Assembly: GCA_002347855.1 (NCBI GenBank)
Contig: DDYE01000017.1
Coordinates: 271,685 to 335,684, forward strand
Source of the DNA: Fidelibacterota bacterium UBA2242
GTDB taxonomy: Bacteria > Fidelibacterota > UBA2242
Length of the DNA: 64,000 nucleotides
Direction of reading: 5' to 3'
Numbering within the stretch: the stretch's first letter is position 1; every line of letters starts with the position of its first letter. A program made the position numbers and the translations under genes. The notes below the pieces were generated by a model, which was not told where the DNA came from, did not search any database, and was given only the letters and a program-made list of their open reading frames with translations. Positions 10,968 to 20,198 of the stretch are shown here, in pieces.

Positions 10968-12284
10968 ATGACCCAGAGAAAATACTATATAGAGACTTAC
11001 GGTTGTCAAATGAATGCTGCGGACTCTGAGTTAGTTGCCGGTCTATTAGAAGAAATGCAATTGGTTGCTTGTTCTGATCCATCAGATGCAGATTTAATTA
11101 TCGTTAATTCGTGTAGTGTAAGGGCTGGTGCCGATGCCCGTGCCCTGGCGCGTCTATCCCAGTTTAAAAGTTTAAAAGCTCAAAACCCACGGCTGCGCTT
11201 GGGATTAATTGGATGCGTGGCGCAGCGCGACAAAGGTAAAATTATTGCCCAGAGACCCTATATTGATTTTGTCTTGGGACCTGATTCATACCGTCAAATT
11301 CCTACGATTATTAATGATTTGTCCACGCCTGTAGTACAAACCCATCTCTCTTGCATCGAAACTTATGAAGGCTTATTACCGCGGCGGCAGAAGGGAGTCA
11401 ATGCCTGGATACCAATCATGCGCGGTTGTAACAAGTTTTGTTCATTTTGCATTGTTCCCTACGTGCGTGGGCGTGAACGTAGTCGCTCAGTTGATAGCAT
11501 TCTCCAGGAAGTCAAACAGGCTGTGAGTGATGGCTTCAAGGAAGTCACTTTACTCGGGCAAAATGTAAATTCTTATCAATATGAATCTTATCGGTTTGCG
11601 GATCTTTTAGATGCGATTGCAAGAGTGGAAGGATTGTACCGAATCCGCTATACCTCGCCTCATCCTGCTGATATCAGTATCTACTTACTGGAAGTCATGC
11701 GTGCTCATAAAAACATTTGTAAGCATATTCATTTACCGCTGCAGGCAGGTTCGGATAGAATCTTGCAAGCCATGAACCGCAATTATACCCAGAATCATTA
11801 CCTACAGCTAGTCGAGACCATTAGAAAATATTTGCTTGATGTAGCTATTACGACCGATATTATCGTTGGTTTTCCGGGAGAGACGGAGAGTGACTTTTTA
11901 CAGACAGTCAAAGTAATGGAAACGGTAATTTTCGATGCAGCTTTTATGTTTCAATATTCACCGCGGCCGGGTACGAAAGCGGCACAATTGGTTGATGATG
12001 TTCCACTAGCCGAAAAGCAAAAGCGTCTTGAACAAATAATTGCCTTGCAGAAAATGCATACTTTGCAACGCAATCAAGCTCTTGTTGGGACAGTGCAGGA
12101 AATATTGATTGAGGGTAATAGTAAAAAGCGTCCTGGAGAAAAAATTGGGCGCACCGACACAAACAAAATAACCATAATTAAAAATGGCCAGGCTGAAATC
12201 GGCTCGTTAGTCGAGGTGAGAATTGACAAAGCGCTGGGCGTATCTCTTTTTGGAAGTGTTTTAAACCAAGAGAGGGCAAAATGA
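10968..12284 (+). CDS. miaB: tRNA-i6A37 methylthiotransferase MiaB (radical SAM MTTase)
   Basis: YYIETYGCQMNAADSE N-terminal MTTase motif, radical-SAM CNKFCSFC and a C-terminal TRAM-like region. Could alternatively be a RimO-type paralog. Confidence 0.75.
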   Translation: MTQRKYYIETYGCQMNAADSELVAGLLEEMQLVACSDPSDADLIIVNSCSVRAGADARALARLSQFKSLKAQNPRLRLGLIGCVAQRDKGKIIAQRPYIDFVLGPDSYRQIPTIINDLSTPVVQTHLSCIETYEGLLPRRQKGVNAWIPIMRGCNKFCSFCIVPYVRGRERSRSVDSILQEVKQAVSDGFKEVTLLGQNVNSYQYESYRFADLLDAIARVEGLYRIRYTSPHPADISIYLLEVMRAHKNICKHIHLPLQAGSDRILQAMNRNYTQNHYLQLVETIRKYLLDVAITTDIIVGFPGETESDFLQTVKVMETVIFDAAFMFQYSPRPGTKAAQLVDDVPLAEKQKRLEQIIALQKMHTLQRNQALVGTVQEILIEGNSKKRPGEKIGRTDTNKITIIKNGQAEIGSLVEVRIDKALGVSLFGSVLNQERAK

Positions 12285-12589
12285 AATTTTTAAAGTTATT
12301 GGTATTAATCATTGTGATGTTTCTTTTAATAGTTTTTGTGGCGCAGAATGATGGTCATCCGGTTCCGATTAAATTTCTCTTTAGTACAGCTACTGTTGAA
12401 ATGGATGCGGTGATTCTTATTTTTATTTCTTTTTTAATTGGCTTGCTGTTAGGTTTTTTATATAGTGGTTTTCAGATTTTAGCGGCGAAGAACCATCTCC
12501 GAGTTTTAAATAATGAGTACCAAAAGCTGAAAAAAGAGGTAGATTTATTGCGCAATCAAGGGCTTAGCGATGAAGAAATCAGTCAATAA
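12281..12589 (+). CDS. LapA-like (DUF1049) small inner-membrane protein
   Basis: 102 aa with two TM helices followed by a coiled coil. ATGA overlap with miaB; followed by a LapB-like gene. Confidence 0.5.
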   Translation: MKFLKLLVLIIVMFLLIVFVAQNDGHPVPIKFLFSTATVEMDAVILIFISFLIGLLLGFLYSGFQILAAKNHLRVLNNEYQKLKKEVDLLRNQGLSDEEISQ

Positions 12590-12606
12590 TTGTTAGTGAA
12601 AGGAAT

Positions 12607-13755
12607 ATGATGAACCTTTTCGATATTCTACTGACCCTGATTCTGGTTTTGCTTTTTGTTTTTATCATTGTTAATCTTTTGAGCAATCGTCCTAAAAAGG
12701 TAAAAAGTGCCGCCAATTTATATTCTGTTGCCCTGACTCACATGCTGCATAATGAAAATGAGGCGGCTATTAAGTGTTTCAAAGAGGTAGTTCGCAAAGA
12801 TACCGAAAATATTGATGCCTACATTAATCTTGGCATTGTACTACGCCAGACCGGTAAAATCAACAATGCCATTAGAATCCACCAGAACTTACTCTATCGT
12901 CAGGAATTGACCGCATTGCAACGCCTGGAGATACTCCGTAATTTAGCGGAGGACTATATTCAACTTAATGACAGAGTTACTGCTTTAAAATATGTCAACC
13001 AAATGTTGGACATAGACAATAACAACCTCTGGGCAATTGAAAAAACCTATATGCTCAATCGCGATTTGGGCAATTGGGAAAAGGCTTCGGAGTATCTTGA
13101 AAAAGCGTTACTACTAAAGTCCGAAACCAACAATCGTCTTTTGGCACTCTATAAAGTTCAAGAAGGGCTGGTTAAATACCGCGCAGGTGAATATCATGAT
13201 GCTCGTTTAATATTCCGTAAAGCTCTCAAAATTGACCCTGATTGCGAAGCTGCTTGCTATTATATAGCTAAATCGTATATCGAGGACAAACGCGAAATGG
13301 ATTCCGTCGAGTGGTGGGTAAAATTCGCTGACATTGCCCCTGAAAAGGCGACTTTAGTCTTTGAACATCTCCAGACTATTCTATACAATCTGGGGTATTT
13401 CGGAAACATCGAAAGTTTTTATCAAAACCTGTTGCATAAACGTCCCAATGATCCTGCTTCGCTCATTGCCCTGGCACGTTTTTATGCTAAAAAAGGTGAC
13501 ATTAAGCAAGCGACGGTCATCTTGGAAAACTTGTTGGAAAATCATCCCGATTCAATTACCGCAAATATCACTCTGTGTAAATTGCTCATTGCTCAAAACA
13601 ATCTGGCACGGGCTAACGAAATCTTAAACAATTTGGTAGAGTCAATCGAGGCAAATCCCGAATATTACTGTACCAAGTGTGGTAACCGTCTTAAAGAAAT
13701 TGTATGGATTTGTCCGGTTTGTGGCGCAGCTGATACCTATTTCCAGCAACCATGA
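12607..13755 (+). CDS. LapB/YciM-like TPR protein with C-terminal rubredoxin-type zinc ribbon
   Basis: N-terminal TM, multiple TPR repeats, C-terminal CTKCGNRLKEIVWICPVCG (CxxC...CxxC). Confidence 0.6.
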   Translation: MMNLFDILLTLILVLLFVFIIVNLLSNRPKKVKSAANLYSVALTHMLHNENEAAIKCFKEVVRKDTENIDAYINLGIVLRQTGKINNAIRIHQNLLYRQELTALQRLEILRNLAEDYIQLNDRVTALKYVNQMLDIDNNNLWAIEKTYMLNRDLGNWEKASEYLEKALLLKSETNNRLLALYKVQEGLVKYRAGEYHDARLIFRKALKIDPDCEAACYYIAKSYIEDKREMDSVEWWVKFADIAPEKATLVFEHLQTILYNLGYFGNIESFYQNLLHKRPNDPASLIALARFYAKKGDIKQATVILENLLENHPDSITANITLCKLLIAQNNLARANEILNNLVESIEANPEYYCTKCGNRLKEIVWICPVCGAADTYFQQP

Positions 13756-14564
13756 GAACGGTCTTTACCATATTTTTTTTATTGGCGGGTTTGAGCAAAG
13801 GATTCGACTTTAATGCCCTTTTTCAGACTATTCAGAATGGCGAAGTCGAATCAATTCGTGATTCAGTGTCATTTTTAGTGCAGACCTACCCAGAAAATCC
13901 CGAGGTGCTTTTTCTTTCTGGCTTAATCGAGCCGGATGGTGACAAAGCGCTCCTTATTTATAGAAATGTACTCTCTAAATATCCCAATAGTACCGTAGCA
14001 GACAACGCCTTTCTCAAAATAATCGAATATATTTATACCAAAGGTTTATATAACAAAACCGTGAAATATTCACAGGATCTTATAAAAAATTATCCCGCCT
14101 CGGAATGTATTGCTGACGCTGGCTACTTTTTATTAGCCAGTCTGGCGGCGATGAACCAGAAAGATTCGGTGTTGTATTATCAAAAATATTTAACAATGCA
14201 TTTTCCCGATATTAATTTTGCTTTTGATAATTTTCAGAGTAGCGCTAAATACGGTCTTCAGGATATTTCTAAATCCAGTGAACGACCTGCCATAATTAAT
14301 CCCCAGAATCAACCTCAACTGCCATCGAAGGGTGAGAATTTTGTCGTGCAGGTGGGAGTATTTGCTATCCCCAATAATGCCGCAGCTTTGAAAAGTCGCC
14401 TGCAGAAGTTAGGGTATCCAGCTCGCATCGAAGATACTATTTTAAATGGGCGCAATTTATTAGCAGTGCGTGTTGGTGATTTTGCTACGCGGGCTGAGGC
14501 ACAAGCATTTGGTGAGAAATTAAAACAGGAACAGCACCTTGAATTTGTGGTGATTAAAAAGTAA
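13752..14564 (+). CDS. SPOR-domain protein (TPR-like N-region, peptidoglycan-binding SPOR C-terminus)
   Basis: C-terminal FVVQVGVFAIPNNAAALKSRLQKLGYPARIE...LLAVRVGDFATRAEAQAFGEKLK is a typical SPOR domain. Signal peptide present. Confidence 0.6.
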   Translation: MRTVFTIFFLLAGLSKGFDFNALFQTIQNGEVESIRDSVSFLVQTYPENPEVLFLSGLIEPDGDKALLIYRNVLSKYPNSTVADNAFLKIIEYIYTKGLYNKTVKYSQDLIKNYPASECIADAGYFLLASLAAMNQKDSVLYYQKYLTMHFPDINFAFDNFQSSAKYGLQDISKSSERPAIINPQNQPQLPSKGENFVVQVGVFAIPNNAAALKSRLQKLGYPARIEDTILNGRNLLAVRVGDFATRAEAQAFGEKLKQEQHLEFVVIKK

Positions 14565-14568
14565 ACAT

Positions 14569-14660
14569 GGGAATGAATGCAACCCCGGTGGGTGCCGCGG
14601 TCTTCAAAATCGTCGTCCCGCCAATAGGCGGGAGCTGGGTTCGACTCCCAGGCGTTCCCG
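14569..14660 (+). tRNA. selC: tRNA-Sec (anticodon UCA, selC-like), CCA not encoded
   Basis: Hand-folded. Acceptor GGGAATGA/GCGTTCCC (7 bp plus one mismatch at the 8th pair). Anticodon loop cTTCAaa gives UCA, identical to E. coli selC. Long variable arm tcccgcc-aata-ggcggga (7 bp). T-arm ctggg-ttcgact-cccag. Confidence 0.7.
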
Positions 14661-14789
14661 CAAAAATCTTGCGCTCCTTTAGCTGATTAGCGATTTGGCG
14701 GGGGAAATAGTTCAGGTTGATATCCAATCATTAAATTGGTTATTGGAAATTTGAGATAATATTGCTAAAATTTCCACGTTATTTGATTA

Positions 14790-14882
14790 AATGAGGTCCA
14801 GGGGTGCTATCCCGGCAAATTGGGACGGCTGAGAAATTACCCTTTGAACCTGATCTGGATAATACCAGCGAAGGGAGGTCGT
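14790..14882 (+). promoter_or_regulatory. TPP (thiamine pyrophosphate) riboswitch, THI element
   Basis: ccaGGGGUGCuaucccggcaaauugggacgGCUGAGAaauuACCCuuugaACCUGAUCUGGAUAAUaCCAGCGaAGGGAgg matches the conserved THI-box cores (GGGGUGC, CUGAGA, ACCUGAUCUGGAUAAUGCCAGCGUAGGGA). Its 3' end overlaps the GGGAGG SD of the downstream gene. Confidence 0.85.
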
Positions 14883-17399
14883 ATGAAATGCCTTTTTTCT
14901 TTTCTTTTAATCTTTTCAATTCTTTTTTTCAGCAGCAGTGTCAACCTTTGGGGTGCTGTATCCTCTAAGCCAATTGTTATTACCGGTGAAGTAGTTTCAG
15001 CGCATAGTGCTGCTCCAATCGCCAATGTAAATATCTCGGTCGAAGGCACCCGATGGGGTTGTGCCAGTAATAAAGCTGGCATTTTTGTAATCAAGGTAGA
15101 TTCTCTTCCCGTGACCCTGTCATTCAGTCATATTGCTTTCGAGAGAAAAAATGTCAGGGTCACTCGACCTCAGGTCGGCATAATCCAGCTCGTTCCAGCG
15201 GTATTGATGGGCGAAGAAATCTTAGTCTCCGCGACTCAAGCAGTGCCCGGCAAAACACCAGTTGCCTTTACCGATTTGAACCGGATGCAAATTGAACAAC
15301 TTTATTACCATCAGGATGTACCGCTGGTTTTATCCGACCTGCCGGGTGTCTATGCTTATTCTGATGCGGGCAATGGGGTTGGTTATAGCTATCTCAAAAT
15401 CAGAGGCTTTCAGCAGAGTCAGTTAGGAGTGCTGCTTAATGGCATTCCTTTAAATGACCCTGAAGAGCACGCCGTCTATTGGGTTGACCATGGTGACATC
15501 CTTGCCTCGAGCAGCAGTATTCAGGTCCAGCGTGGGGTTGGTAACTCTCTCTATGGTACTTCTGTGTTTGGCGGTACTGTTAATGTTGTGACCAATACCA
15601 GCAGCCTACCACGGGGTACAACTTTGAATCTCGGTTATGGCAATTACATGGAAAAGGGATTGGATTTGCCATCGCAAAAAATTGCCTTCAGCTATAATGG
15701 TTCCCTACCTAAAAATCTGTCACTGTATCTACGCCTATCCCATCTGACTAGTGCTGGTTATCGTCAGAGTAGCGGTACAGACCAAAATTCATTGCATTTG
15801 AGTCTCGAACAATCGCTAAAAAACAGATTGACTCGCCTGGAAGTTCTGTTAGGAGTAGAAAATACTGGTTTTGCTTGGGAAGGTATTGCTCCAGTATACG
15901 GTTATAATCTTAAAAACCGTCAGCAGCGACGCTATAATTTTTATGCTGACCCTGAATATAATGGTGGTTTAACGAATGCTAATAAGGATGTTTTCCGGCA
16001 GGGACTCTTTTCGCTGCAACATAGTCGGATTATAAATCATGTTTTGTTGAATCTAACTCTCTATGCGGTTCAGGGTAATGGTTATTATGAACAATTCAAG
16101 GGTAAGCGTGATGTTGAGGAATACAATTTAGTCAGCCTATTCCCAGATGTAGTACATAAAGTTGATTTAATCCGACAAAAGTGGCTGCAAAACGGCTACT
16201 GGGGTACGCTTTATCAAATTACCCTTCCGCTTAAAAGTTGCCAATTGACCCTGGGCGGTGATATGCGCATTTATGAAGCAGCTCACTTTGGACGAGTTAA
16301 AAAAGTCCTCAAAGAGTACTTGCCCAATGATAGTACGATTTCGCAATCAACCTTTCCGCCTGCTAACCATAAGTATTATCAAACTGACCGAGAAAAAAAA
16401 TCAATTTCCTTTTATGTTCACAGCTATTTTGATTTAACGCCACGCTTAGGTCTGATGTTTGATGGGCGTTATTTGGGGCATCGCTATTCCTATATCCAGC
16501 GCCGCCTTGGTGTTTATACTCAGGGATACCGCTTTAAACTCAAGTACGATTTCTGGGATCCGCATATCGGCGTCAATTATCGCCTGACTGATTATTGTTC
16601 CATTTTTAGCAATATCTCCACTGCTCACCGTGAACCAACAGACGATGATATTTATAAACAAGATAGTCCGGAGGATGTGCCCAAATTGACTCATTTAGAG
16701 CGAGAGTATGCTGAGCCGCTGGTCAAACCCGAATATTTAATTGACTACGAAGCGGGACTTAAGTTTGATTTACCTGCTACTAAACTGCAAATTAATCTCT
16801 ATCGCATGGATTTTCGTGATGAATTAATCCCGGTGGAATATCGTTACTATGATGCCGACCAGGTATTTCATGCCAATATTGACCGCACAGTTCATCAGGG
16901 AGTTGAGTTGAGCTTTACTCAGCGCTGGCGATGGTTATTGTGGGATGCTAATTTGTCTTATGCTGACAACCATTTTGTGAATTTTCAGGCGGATTCCATT
17001 GGCTGGAGTGGTTGGGGACCAATTGCGGATTATAGTGGAAAAGTCATTCCCGCCTATCCCACCTGGCAAGCCAAGAGTCGCCTTAGTTTGAAATTGGCTG
17101 ATAATGAACTCTGGTTGCAGACAATCTATACTGGCAAGCAGTATATTGACTTTGCGAATACTTCCGCTGCAGCCATCAAGCCCGTTACGTTAGTGAATGT
17201 CGGGTTGAATTATCACCTACCCTTGAAGAAGTATTTCAAGGCAACACTTGCTTTCAGGATTAACAATCTATTCGACAAACTTTACGAGACTTTTGGCTAT
17301 AACTACTATGAAGACTGGGATGATCATTTACAACGCATAGACCTCTATTGGCCAGCTGCTACTCGTAACTATTATCTATCTCTGGTCGTGAATTTTTAA
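14883..17399 (+). CDS. TonB-dependent outer-membrane receptor (predicted thiamine/thiamine-precursor transporter)
   Basis: Start ATG just after the riboswitch-embedded SD. Signal peptide MKCLFSFLLIFSILFFSSSVNLWGA. Plug region plus a long beta-barrel ending in an aromatic C-terminus (...YLSLVVNF), typical TBDT terminus. The tool ORF begins upstream at 14820. Confidence 0.8.
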   Translation: MKCLFSFLLIFSILFFSSSVNLWGAVSSKPIVITGEVVSAHSAAPIANVNISVEGTRWGCASNKAGIFVIKVDSLPVTLSFSHIAFERKNVRVTRPQVGIIQLVPAVLMGEEILVSATQAVPGKTPVAFTDLNRMQIEQLYYHQDVPLVLSDLPGVYAYSDAGNGVGYSYLKIRGFQQSQLGVLLNGIPLNDPEEHAVYWVDHGDILASSSSIQVQRGVGNSLYGTSVFGGTVNVVTNTSSLPRGTTLNLGYGNYMEKGLDLPSQKIAFSYNGSLPKNLSLYLRLSHLTSAGYRQSSGTDQNSLHLSLEQSLKNRLTRLEVLLGVENTGFAWEGIAPVYGYNLKNRQQRRYNFYADPEYNGGLTNANKDVFRQGLFSLQHSRIINHVLLNLTLYAVQGNGYYEQFKGKRDVEEYNLVSLFPDVVHKVDLIRQKWLQNGYWGTLYQITLPLKSCQLTLGGDMRIYEAAHFGRVKKVLKEYLPNDSTISQSTFPPANHKYYQTDREKKSISFYVHSYFDLTPRLGLMFDGRYLGHRYSYIQRRLGVYTQGYRFKLKYDFWDPHIGVNYRLTDYCSIFSNISTAHREPTDDDIYKQDSPEDVPKLTHLEREYAEPLVKPEYLIDYEAGLKFDLPATKLQINLYRMDFRDELIPVEYRYYDADQVFHANIDRTVHQGVELSFTQRWRWLLWDANLSYADNHFVNFQADSIGWSGWGPIADYSGKVIPAYPTWQAKSRLSLKLADNELWLQTIYTGKQYIDFANTSAAAIKPVTLVNVGLNYHLPLKKYFKATLAFRINNLFDKLYETFGYNYYEDWDDHLQRIDLYWPAATRNYYLSLVVNF

Positions 17400-17426
17400 T
17401 GTTCCAGCCATAAAGGCTGGAACATT
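17398..17426 (+). terminator. Perfect 12-bp stem-loop overlapping the receptor stop codon (possible terminator/attenuator; no U-tract)
   Basis: aatgttccagcc-ataaa-ggctggaacatt, preceded by a T-run and followed by taaagc. Confidence 0.35.
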
Positions 17427-17469
17427 AAAGCGAGTACGAAAAGGTATACTTTTCGTTAGGGGAAATTGT

Positions 17470-17498
17470 TTGTCAAATTGCTGCAATATGCGTAAAAT
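17470..17498 (+). promoter_or_regulatory. Candidate promoter TTGTCA-17-TAAAAT upstream of polA
   Basis: ttgtca aattgctgcaatatgcg taaaat, same architecture as the 9893 site. Confidence 0.3.
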
Positions 17499-17513
17499 TT
17501 TCACGCTTATTAT

Positions 17514-20198
17514 ATGGTTCAAAAATCTACATTATACTTAATTGATGGTTCGGCAATTGCTTACCGTTCCTATTTTGGGACGATTCGCAATCGTCTTACG
17601 ACTTCGCGTGGTGAACCAACGGGCGCTGTCTATGCTTTCGTGAACTCACTCCTTAAGATACTAAACGAATCACGACCGAATTATATTGGTATTGCCTTTG
17701 ATGCTCCTGAAAAGACCTTTCGCCATCAGGTTTATGAGGATTACAAGGCGACCCGCGAAGCGATGCCAGAGGACCTCATTAAGCAATTGCCGTATATGTT
17801 CGAGTTTATCAAAGCCCTGAATATTCCAACGATTATTATGCCCGGTTTCGAAGCTGACGATATCATTGGAACGATGGCTTATCGGGCACGTCAACATAAC
17901 CTCCTGGTCTATATTGTCACTGGCGACAAGGATTTTATGCAGTTATTAACGGATGATATTCTTATCCTTAAACCAGCAATTGCCGGAAAAGAGGTAGAGA
18001 TAATTGACGCCGAGGGTGTACTTACTAAGTGGGGTGTTAAGCCGCACCAGATTCCTGACTATCTGGGATTAATTGGTGATTCCTCTGACAACATACCAGG
18101 AGTGAAAGGTATCGGACCAGCCAAGGCACAGCCACTTTTACAGGAATTTGGCAACCTGGAAGGTGTGCTCAACAATCTTGACCGTATTGGCAATCCACGC
18201 ATTCGCGATTTGATTCGTGATGGTGCTCATCTGGCACGTTTATCGAAAGAACTAGCGACTATTAAAACCGATGTGCCCATTAATATTGATTTTGAAATGC
18301 TGAAAGTCCAGAATCCCGATGAAGAGGCTTTGCAAAACCTTTATAAACGTCTCGAATTCCATTCCTTGTTAAAACAAACTGAATCAATCGCACCGTCGCC
18401 ACGACCAATAAAAAATTACCGCACCGTTCAAAGCTTGTCTGAGATTAGACAACTCATCGCAGAAATCAAACATGGTGATGTCTTTGCTCTTGACTTGGAA
18501 ACGACCTCCATCAGTCCTATGATAGCAGAAATCGTGGGAGTGGCGCTCAGTTGGAAGCCTCATCAAGGTATCTATTTGCCTCTGCGGATGCCCGGCGGGT
18601 TATTTGGCAATGAAGAACATCTCCAGTTATTGAAAGAGTTAAAACCAATTCTCGAAGATGAAAAATTGACGAAATGCGGCCAAAATCTGAAATACGATTT
18701 ACTCATTCTCAAGCGCTACGGGTATCAGGTTAGAGGGAAAATTTTTGATACTATGATTGCGGCTTATTTAATTCAGCCCGATGCCCATAGCTACAAACTC
18801 GATAAACTTGCCCAGCAATACCTGAACTATCAGATGCAACCCATTGAAGAGTTAATTGGTAAGGGCAAAGACCAGTTGACTATGGATCAGGTGTCTGTGG
18901 AAAAAGTCACCTTTTACGCGGCAGAGGATGCTGATGTAGCTCTACAACTCCAGCCAATCTTGACTCAGAAAATGCACTCAGATCAAACCTGGGATGTTTT
19001 TCAAAATATTGAGATGCCGCTGGTGCCAGTCTTGATGACTATGGAACAGAATGGGGTTTTCCTGAATATCGAACTTTTAAAGCAAATGTCCTGCGGTCTC
19101 GATGAGCAAATTGAGCAACTCAGTCAGCAAATCTACGACCTGGCAGGTTGTCAGTTTAATATCAATTCACCTAAACAACTTGGAGAGATTCTCTTTGATA
19201 AATTAAAATTGCCTAAAATCAAAGGCTACTCCACTGATGTGACGGTTCTGGAAAAGATAAAACATCGGCATCCACTACCGGAAGCCATCCTTGAATACCG
19301 CGGCTTGGTCAAGCTGCAAAATACTTACCTTGAGACTCTGCCGCAGTTAGTCAATCCCAAGACGGGGCGTGTGCATAGTTCTTTTAATCAGACCGGTACC
19401 GCTACTGGACGATTGAGCAGTAGCGACCCCAATTTTCAAAATATTCCTATCCGTACAGAAATTGGTCGTGAAATTCGTAAGGCTTTTGTCCCGCAACGAA
19501 CTGATTGGCTCATTTTGTCGGCTGATTATTCGCAAATTGAACTAAGAATTATGGCGCATTTATCTAAGGATCCGGAGTTGCTCCGGGCGTTTAGTGAAAA
19601 TGTTGATATCCATACCCGCACTGCTGCACGTGTTTTCGGTGTCGCTGAAGAAGATGTACTGCCGGAAATGCGCCGGGTAGCCAAAGTGGTAAATTTTGGG
19701 ATAATGTACGGCGCAGGACCATTCAGGATGTCTGAAGAATTAAACATTCCGCGGGCAGAAGCTACTAAACTAATTAAACAATACTTTAATACTTACCCAG
19801 GGATAAATGCTTATATCATGAAAACTCTGGAAGAAGCGCGAGAGAAAGGCTACGTCAAAACCTTAGCGGGACGTCTGCGCTATGTCCCGGATATTAATAG
19901 CGAGAATCGTAATATCAGGGAAGCCGCGGAGAGAATTGCGATTAATATGCCCATTCAGGGTACTGCCGCCGATATGATAAAACTGGCAATGATCAAAATT
20001 CAAGCGCAAATGGAAGAGCATAAACTCCGGGCAATGATGATTTTGCAAATTCACGACGAGTTGCTTTTTGAAGTGCCATCTGATGAACTGGATATTTTAA
20101 AGACCATCGTCGTCAGAGAAATGGAATGGGCACTGCCTCTGGATGTGCCCATTCATGTTGAAGTTGGTGTAGGAAAATCTTGGTACGAGGCGCATTAG
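17514..20198 (+). CDS. polA: DNA polymerase I (5'-3' exonuclease, 3'-5' exo-like and polymerase domains)
   Basis: N-terminal LYLIDGSAIAYRSYF (5' nuclease); C-terminal RRVAKVVNFGIMYG, QIHDELLFEV and DYSQIELRI Pol A motifs. 894 aa. Confidence 0.95.
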   Translation: MVQKSTLYLIDGSAIAYRSYFGTIRNRLTTSRGEPTGAVYAFVNSLLKILNESRPNYIGIAFDAPEKTFRHQVYEDYKATREAMPEDLIKQLPYMFEFIKALNIPTIIMPGFEADDIIGTMAYRARQHNLLVYIVTGDKDFMQLLTDDILILKPAIAGKEVEIIDAEGVLTKWGVKPHQIPDYLGLIGDSSDNIPGVKGIGPAKAQPLLQEFGNLEGVLNNLDRIGNPRIRDLIRDGAHLARLSKELATIKTDVPINIDFEMLKVQNPDEEALQNLYKRLEFHSLLKQTESIAPSPRPIKNYRTVQSLSEIRQLIAEIKHGDVFALDLETTSISPMIAEIVGVALSWKPHQGIYLPLRMPGGLFGNEEHLQLLKELKPILEDEKLTKCGQNLKYDLLILKRYGYQVRGKIFDTMIAAYLIQPDAHSYKLDKLAQQYLNYQMQPIEELIGKGKDQLTMDQVSVEKVTFYAAEDADVALQLQPILTQKMHSDQTWDVFQNIEMPLVPVLMTMEQNGVFLNIELLKQMSCGLDEQIEQLSQQIYDLAGCQFNINSPKQLGEILFDKLKLPKIKGYSTDVTVLEKIKHRHPLPEAILEYRGLVKLQNTYLETLPQLVNPKTGRVHSSFNQTGTATGRLSSSDPNFQNIPIRTEIGREIRKAFVPQRTDWLILSADYSQIELRIMAHLSKDPELLRAFSENVDIHTRTAARVFGVAEEDVLPEMRRVAKVVNFGIMYGAGPFRMSEELNIPRAEATKLIKQYFNTYPGINAYIMKTLEEAREKGYVKTLAGRLRYVPDINSENRNIREAAERIAINMPIQGTAADMIKLAMIKIQAQMEEHKLRAMMILQIHDELLFEVPSDELDILKTIVVREMEWALPLDVPIHVEVGVGKSWYEAH

